Below are positions 36,596-41,867 of a stretch of DNA of 41,867 nt, piece after piece. The stretch is from an uncultured Nitrospiraceae bacterium (lineage in GTDB: Bacteria > Hydrogenedentota > Hydrogenedentia > Hydrogenedentales > SLHB01): assembly GCA_964425145.1 (NCBI GenBank), contig CAYRLQ010000002.1:1-41867 (forward strand), given 5' to 3'. Positions within the stretch are counted from its first letter, which is position 1, and every line of letters starts with the position of its first letter. Made by a program: the position numbers and the translations under genes. Below the pieces are notes generated by a model that was not told the DNA's origin, ran no database searches, and worked only from the letters and a program-made list of their open reading frames with translations.

Positions 36596-37942
36596 CTATT
36601 TAAACAGCAATGCCCACACAATAAGCCATACTGCAATAGCGCTCACGCTTATCACGAACACGATCAGCGGACCCTGGGTTATTGCAAGAGGTATGGCCAT
36701 GGAGGTCCACAGGCCCCCGCCCATGAACGGCTCATGTAGAAGTTGCTTGTAGCCGAAGGCCGAGGTGGCGTCGGTCTCGCCCTCAGGGTCAACGACCCGT
36801 AACAGCAACAGCCCCGTCGCCGTGACTCCCATTGACTGGCCCATCTCGGCAATTGCGCGCTCAAACCATGAATTCCTCGGAAGGAGTCGCTTGGCCAGCC
36901 ACATGACGCAGAAGACGTTCCACACAACACCCATGGCTACGAGAATTGCAAACGGCAAGAGGCCTTTCATGATGACGGTCAGGTTGATAGTTGAAATGGC
37001 GGCAACTACAAGGAAGTCCATCGCACTTCCCGATAATCGCTGCATGAGTTGTCGGTCAGCCGGGCTGCTCTTTGTTACGCGGGAAAGGAAAAGCTGAACG
37101 ATCAGCCCGCCTATCATGCAAAGGGGAAATAACGGGAATCCCGTAAGGAGCCTCTTTTCGGCAAGTGTGGGAAAGATGGATTCAATCTGTAGTAACCCTA
37201 GCTTGAAAAGGTAGCCGATAAAGATTGCAACTCCGATTATGGCAAGGTGAAGCGCAAGGCTGTCCACCGAGGCGGGAGATACGGTCTGCCTTCCTGCGAT
37301 GGGCCGTTCGTCAACCTCGTAGACGCCGATAATGCTGCTTTCGGGCATATCTTCAATCTTTTCGAGCTTTTGCGTAATGCCCTTTCGCGCCGCCCAGTTG
37401 ATAAGTATCATTCCTACAATAATGGCGAAAAGGACACCGGCTGTAGCAGAGGCAAGCCCATAATCAGTCCCCTCAGGCCAGTCGAGGATTTCAAATGTCT
37501 CTTTCAGACCGGCTGCAGTACCGTGGCCTCCTTCAAAGCCCACGGGGATAATGGTTCCTAAGGCGCCATGAACGGAGAACAGCGGCACAAGAAGGAGCAT
37601 TGAAATTCCCAGGCCTACGACATACTGCCCCCACGCAACTATCTGGCCGTATGCGAGTTGGGGCCCTGCCTTCTGCCAGATGGTTTTAAGCGGAGGGATG
37701 GTAACGCCCAGGAAAAGCGCTCCGAAGACAATGTTTATTAGAAAGCCTGGAAGTTCGGCCCAGCCGGCCGTAGCGCCTTCCGGGAGATAAGCCCCGAAAG
37801 CCTGAAGTACTATCAGCCCGAGAAGCCCGCCGATTACCGAAGCAGGAAGGTACAACCGCTGGAGCAGCCTGACCTTGACCCGTAAGACCTTGCCCGCCAG
37901 TAATAACAGGCACAGTGTCGTGAAGGAAAGGACGATGGTCAT
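36596..37942 (-). CDS. gltS: Sodium/glutamate symporter (GltS/ESS family)
   Basis: 'MTIVLSFTTLCLLLLAGKVLRVKVRLLQRLYLPASVIGGLLGL' N-terminus and a ~10-12 TM profile typical of GltS. GGGGAG lies 6 nt upstream of ATG 37942. Confidence 0.8.
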   Translation of the reverse strand: MTIVLSFTTLCLLLLAGKVLRVKVRLLQRLYLPASVIGGLLGLIVLQAFGAYLPEGATAGWAELPGFLINIVFGALFLGVTIPPLKTIWQKAGPQLAYGQIVAWGQYVVGLGISMLLLVPLFSVHGALGTIIPVGFEGGHGTAAGLKETFEILDWPEGTDYGLASATAGVLFAIIVGMILINWAARKGITQKLEKIEDMPESSIIGVYEVDERPIAGRQTVSPASVDSLALHLAIIGVAIFIGYLFKLGLLQIESIFPTLAEKRLLTGFPLFPLCMIGGLIVQLFLSRVTKSSPADRQLMQRLSGSAMDFLVVAAISTINLTVIMKGLLPFAILVAMGVVWNVFCVMWLAKRLLPRNSWFERAIAEMGQSMGVTATGLLLLRVVDPEGETDATSAFGYKQLLHEPFMGGGLWTSMAIPLAITQGPLIVFVISVSAIAVWLIVWALLFK

Positions 37943-37997
37943 GCTGCTCCCCAGTATTAACGCTCGCACATCTCAGGCGTGGCACGCACGAACCGCT

Positions 37998-38108
37998 TCA
38001 ATTCGGGTTCAACAGCTTCACCACAATAACCGCGAGGACAAGCGGCGCCAAAGGGGCTAACCACCACTTGTGCGCTATGATCCACTCAATGATTGTCGCT
38101 ACATCCAT
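37998..38108 (-). CDS. Speculative 36-aa single-TM micro-ORF upstream of gltS
   Basis: Hand translation gives MDVATIIEWIIAHKWWLAPLAPLVLAVIVVKLLNPN*. Weak SD. An ORF this short is common by chance in GC-rich DNA. Confidence 0.15.
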   Translation of the reverse strand: MDVATIIEWIIAHKWWLAPLAPLVLAVIVVKLLNPN

Positions 38109-38498
38109 TTCCGTTTACCACTGTTGAAATGCCGCTCCTCCGTGCAGACAATGCGCCCTCTCCCACTGTTGGATGCCTGGCCCCCAATCTACCACAGATT
38201 GACCCCCGTTGCAATTGGCGCCGCCATGCGGGGCATCGCAAATGCCTGCGCGTCGTTGAGGTCCTGCCCGTTCTGTTGGGGGATGTGGAGATAGAGAAAA
38301 AGAGATATGGAGATGTTTGACCTTTTCCCCGGTGGTGCGAGAAGTCTTCGCTTCGCTTAGAATGACGTGAAAGACGGGCCTTGTGCCAAAACGTGCGCAA
38401 TTGTTTAGGACCCGACTGTATGCCTGTGTAGTAGACGCGGCGGACCTGTGCCGTGTACAATGGGTCAGCGGCGGCACGTCACCGCGGAGGGAGATGCC

Positions 38499-39689
38499 AT
38501 GATGAATGAAGTCGAGCTTTTCCGAGTGCGGATCGCGTTGATCCAGGCCTTTTTGCAAGACAACGGCTACGACGGGATTCTGCTATCGCGCGTGGACAAT
38601 TTCGCCATGGCCACCGGCGGCAAGCGGAACTACATTTGGGTCGCCACGGACATGGGCGCCAATTCCCTCTTTGTGACCAAAGATGGCAGAGCCTGTTTCG
38701 TCGGCAACACCATCGAATTCCCCCGCCAGATGGATGAGGAGTTCTTAACCCTGGACTGCGGCGTGTGCAAGTTTCCATGGTATGACGGTGACCCCGCCGG
38801 GGCGGTCCAAAAAAGCTTCTCAGGCACACTCGTATCCGACGACGGCACCATCGGCGAAAACGTCAACGACCAACTGGCCGTCCTGCGCGCGCTGCTTACC
38901 CCGATCGAACTCGAGAAATACCACCGCCTCGGGCGGCTGGCCGCCGATGCGATGGTTGCCACAATCGAAGCCATCGAGTCCGGCATGGCCGAGGCGGATA
39001 TCGCGGCACGGCTGATCGCCGAGGGGTCTAAGCGGCGGTGTCTGGTGCCGGTAGCGCTGGTGGCGGCGGATGAGCGGATTGCGAAGTACCGCCATCCACT
39101 GCCGACGGAGGCCCCGTTGGTATCGGGCAGTTTGGCCGAACGCAAGGTGAAGGGCTACGTTATGGTCGTCGGGTGTTTCCTCAGAGAAGGCCTGGTGGCT
39201 TCGATGACCCGCTTCAAGCAGGTCGGCGATATTCCAAAGCATATCCCCGATGCCTTCGGCCGAATCTGCGCACTCGACGCTCTCATGCAGGAAGCCTCAC
39301 AGCCTGGCAAAACACTCGGCGACGTATTTGCCCTCTGCCAGCAGGGCTACCGCGACTTGGGGTTTCCTGAAGACGAATGGCACAACCACCACCAGGGCGG
39401 TGCTACGGGCTACGCTGCGCGTACCTGCAAAGGGGCCCCCGGCGAGACCTTCCCCGTGCTGGATGCTACATGGGCCCAGCGCGTCGAGGAAATCGCCGGT
39501 ATCAATGTGGCGTTGGGCGCCGCCTTTGCCTGGAACCCATCGGCCGCGGGGGTCAAATCTGAGGACACGTTCATCCTCCTGCCAGACGGGTCCAAGGAAA
39601 TCGTGACCGCGACGCCGCAACTGCCCCAAGTAGACCTCGCCGCCGTGCTGGGCCGCCAAACGGACGTTGTCAAGACCGGCATAGCATAG
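38499..39689 (+). CDS. M24 (creatinase/prolidase pita-bread fold) family protein
   Basis: Creatinase_N-like 'RIALIQAFLQDNGYDGILLSRVDNFAMATGG' and C-terminal 'WHNHHQGGATGY...SEDTFILLPDG'. I could not confidently map the metal ligands. GGAGGGA lies 6 nt upstream of ATG 38499. Confidence 0.6.
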   Translation: MMNEVELFRVRIALIQAFLQDNGYDGILLSRVDNFAMATGGKRNYIWVATDMGANSLFVTKDGRACFVGNTIEFPRQMDEEFLTLDCGVCKFPWYDGDPAGAVQKSFSGTLVSDDGTIGENVNDQLAVLRALLTPIELEKYHRLGRLAADAMVATIEAIESGMAEADIAARLIAEGSKRRCLVPVALVAADERIAKYRHPLPTEAPLVSGSLAERKVKGYVMVVGCFLREGLVASMTRFKQVGDIPKHIPDAFGRICALDALMQEASQPGKTLGDVFALCQQGYRDLGFPEDEWHNHHQGGATGYAARTCKGAPGETFPVLDATWAQRVEEIAGINVALGAAFAWNPSAAGVKSEDTFILLPDGSKEIVTATPQLPQVDLAAVLGRQTDVVKTGIA

Positions 39690-39707
39690 GCCGCTCCGCG
39701 CGCGCAT

Positions 39708-41867
39708 TCAGACGGGGTGATGATTAACGGAGCCACTGGATGGCGATGGTTGAAGCGCAGCTCGCTGGGAATCGGCACTCTTTGGCCGCAGGAGCATCAG
39801 GACAGCAATCGAGCCAAAGGCGCTCACCAGGGAAATGAGCATCCCCGCGTACACACGTTTGGGCGAAAACTCAAACCGAATGTGGTGCGTGCCCGCAGGG
39901 ACGACGACCGCCTTGAACACGTCGTCGGCGAGGAGGATCGGTACCGGCTCAGAGTCCAGATACGCCTCCCACCCTGGATAGTTGACATCGAGAAATGTCA
40001 GGATTCGCGGTTCCTGCAGTTCGCCCACTTCAAGCTCGACGGAGGTGAGCCGGCGCGACAGTATCCGAATCAAGCCGTCCTCGTCGTTCTGGTCGGATAG
40101 CACATAGGCCCGGGTGAATTGAAACACCCCAGTCCTGCTGGCAGGTCTGAGCGTTACCCTCCCTTCCATCCTGTGGAAGTCAGGCAGCGGTATTTCAACC
40201 AACGCCTCTCGTGCGCCGGTCGGGCGCAGCCTTGCACTGCGCCCCCACTCCGAGCGGTTCGAGTCACGGTCAGGGAACCGTGTATCGATATTTGCGAAAC
40301 ACGAGCTCCTATAGTGAAGGCACAGGACGCTATGCACAGCGCCGGCCGGGCCCGGTGCACGGCCTGCCGCACTGGTGGGAAGCTCGAAATACAGATACCT
40401 GTTTAGTGTCTTGCCGCCGGTGACCCGATCGTATAAACCCTTGGCTTTAGTGAGAGGGACTTTGACAGTATCGTTTGAAATGCCGCTGTTTGGAAGGTTT
40501 TTCAGACCTGTCTCCGGCACAGGCAGCTCTTCAACATCTTTCAAAAAAACGGTCGTAGCGGATGGAAACAAGGCCTCTTTTCCCGGCAGAGGCCCCTTTA
40601 CCCACTGTCTCGCCAGCCAAAAGAACCGTTTCAGACAGAGGAGCCCGCGGTTGTTTACCTGGGTTACTTCAGCCGGTCGAACAACGCGGAAGTAGTGTCG
40701 ACCACGCCGGGGCCCACTGATAACCTCGCGCACCTTTCGAATGTGAAGCGGCTCGCAGCCGTTCATGACGGGCGTGAGCGCGTACAACATACGGCTGCCC
40801 AGCGGGTCTGTTGTTCTGCTGTTATCCTGAGGCAATGTGACCTCGCCTTGGTAGAGACCTTCCCGTTCAGAGAAATACTTCTTGGTCATATACGGCACAT
40901 AGTGCCAATTCCACGCCAGCGTCTCGGTAAAGATCAAGACCGGCATGAGGAGCAACGCCAGGAAACGCGCCACTTTAACAGTGCGGAATTGGCCAGACAC
41001 GAGCATCAGCGTCAAAGCCACGGCGGGCAAGATAACCACCGACTTTGAAACGGGGAGATACGGATGCGGGCTTACCCACTTTGCAAATGGAATGAGCACG
41101 GCGACGCCGGCGCCTGCAACGATGGAGGTCTGGACCGCCCTCCGCCAGCGGGACAACAAGGGCGTTGACACGGCCTCAACGCCAAGGCCGGCCAACATGC
41201 CGAACGGTAGCAAGGCGAAGTCATAGGAGCGTACGTGCGAAGAGGACGAGAAGGGCGTTAACCATGCCACCAAGCGCGCGACGGGGAGCGGCGGCCCCAA
41301 ACTGCAATCGACGAGCATCAAATACAGCGCGCAGAACAGAATTACATCCCGCCATCGGTGATGGGTGAGGCCGGCCAAGGCTAGAAGAAGCGCTGCAATA
41401 CCTGCGCCGCGGAGCGCTTCCGCTTCGTATTTCATGCCGGCATAGGTGACGAAATCCTGAAACGACTTAAGCGGGCTCTGCTGCAACAAGTCCGCGTAAA
41501 GCCTGACGTCCGTGCCTTTCTGACGCGCACTAAAGGCTGCCAATTCCGCCGTTGGCAACAGCAACACAGAGGCGACCATCGCGCCCAAGGCAAAAAGCAT
41601 CGCCACCGCCGCCACGTCGCATATCCACCCGCGCACGACCTCTGTGCCCAGAGGCCCGGGGCGTTTTTTCAGATGCAGGAGCCGGTAGAGAAACGCGTAG
41701 GCGCCCATGGTGAGAGCCATAACGTTAACTATCTGGACGAAACCACCCAGGACGCTGACGCCGAAGAGAAGGCCTGCAGCCGTAGCGAAATAGATTTTCG
41801 ACCTGAACTTCGGCGCATCCAAAAGCCGCTTTATTAGAACCAGGACGATTGGAAGCCAACTTATGGT
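39708..41867 (-). CDS. YfhO-like polytopic membrane protein (putative glycosyl-transfer/glycopolymer modification), 5'-truncated by the window edge
   Basis: Many N-terminal TM helices. C-terminus 'YPGWEAYLDSEPVPILLADDVFKAVVVPAGTHHIRFEFSPKRVYAGMLISLVSAF' is typical of YfhO. The reading frame stays open from 41822 to 41867. Confidence 0.65.
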   Translation of the reverse strand, partial: TISWLPIVLVLIKRLLDAPKFRSKIYFATAAGLLFGVSVLGGFVQIVNVMALTMGAYAFLYRLLHLKKRPGPLGTEVVRGWICDVAAVAMLFALGAMVASVLLLPTAELAAFSARQKGTDVRLYADLLQQSPLKSFQDFVTYAGMKYEAEALRGAGIAALLLALAGLTHHRWRDVILFCALYLMLVDCSLGPPLPVARLVAWLTPFSSSSHVRSYDFALLPFGMLAGLGVEAVSTPLLSRWRRAVQTSIVAGAGVAVLIPFAKWVSPHPYLPVSKSVVILPAVALTLMLVSGQFRTVKVARFLALLLMPVLIFTETLAWNWHYVPYMTKKYFSEREGLYQGEVTLPQDNSRTTDPLGSRMLYALTPVMNGCEPLHIRKVREVISGPRRGRHYFRVVRPAEVTQVNNRGLLCLKRFFWLARQWVKGPLPGKEALFPSATTVFLKDVEELPVPETGLKNLPNSGISNDTVKVPLTKAKGLYDRVTGGKTLNRYLYFELPTSAAGRAPGPAGAVHSVLCLHYRSSCFANIDTRFPDRDSNRSEWGRSARLRPTGAREALVEIPLPDFHRMEGRVTLRPASRTGVFQFTRAYVLSDQNDEDGLIRILSRRLTSVELEVGELQEPRILTFLDVNYPGWEAYLDSEPVPILLADDVFKAVVVPAGTHHIRFEFSPKRVYAGMLISLVSAFGSIAVLMLLRPKSADSQRAALQPSPSSGSVNHHPV

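Overview
GC-rich bacterial chromosomal window. It has about 37 protein-coding genes and no rRNA, tRNA, CRISPR array or mobile element that I could recognise. The lineage cannot be assigned from the sequence alone.

Left to right:
- ribulokinase, an M42 peptidase, thrS, and two small membrane proteins (one zinc-ribbon, one TPR-like)
- an orphan ribbon-helix-helix (RHH) protein and a NodU/CmcH carbamoyltransferase
- a 1454-aa secreted FG-GAP / legumain-like / PPC (bacterial pre-peptidase C-terminal) domain protein with an (EG)8 spacer and a GlyGly-CTERM-like anchor
- glycerate kinase
- a redoxin-BNR (sialidase-like) fusion followed by an epimerase, an aldolase-type TIM-barrel protein and a TIM-barrel isomerase
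- an ECF sigma / anti-sigma / DUF4097 operon
- a URO-D family protein, lexA, PBP1A and an RCK-gated K+ channel
- a complete 12-gene F1Fo ATP synthase operon (27161-36041)
- a Na+/glutamate symporter, an M24-fold protein and a 5'-truncated YfhO-like membrane protein

The standout is inside the atp operon. Between atpB and a canonical Na+-signature atpE lies a 329-aa ORF (28569-29558) made of four fused c-subunit hairpins (8 predicted TM helices). In every hairpin the ion-binding Glu is replaced by Gly or Gln. The closest precedent is the Acetobacterium woodii hybrid rotor, but this case is more extreme and I know of no description of it.

Secondary observations:
- a two-carboxylate Na+ motif in the canonical c subunit
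- an N-terminally extended two-TM b subunit
- heptamer tandem repeats in two intergenic spacers
- a recurrent CCGTCGACGG palindrome
- a candidate LexA operator (CTGA-N8-TCAG) on the lexA promoter
- a 113-bp convergent gene overlap

All homology calls come from reading the translated ORFs. No database search was run.
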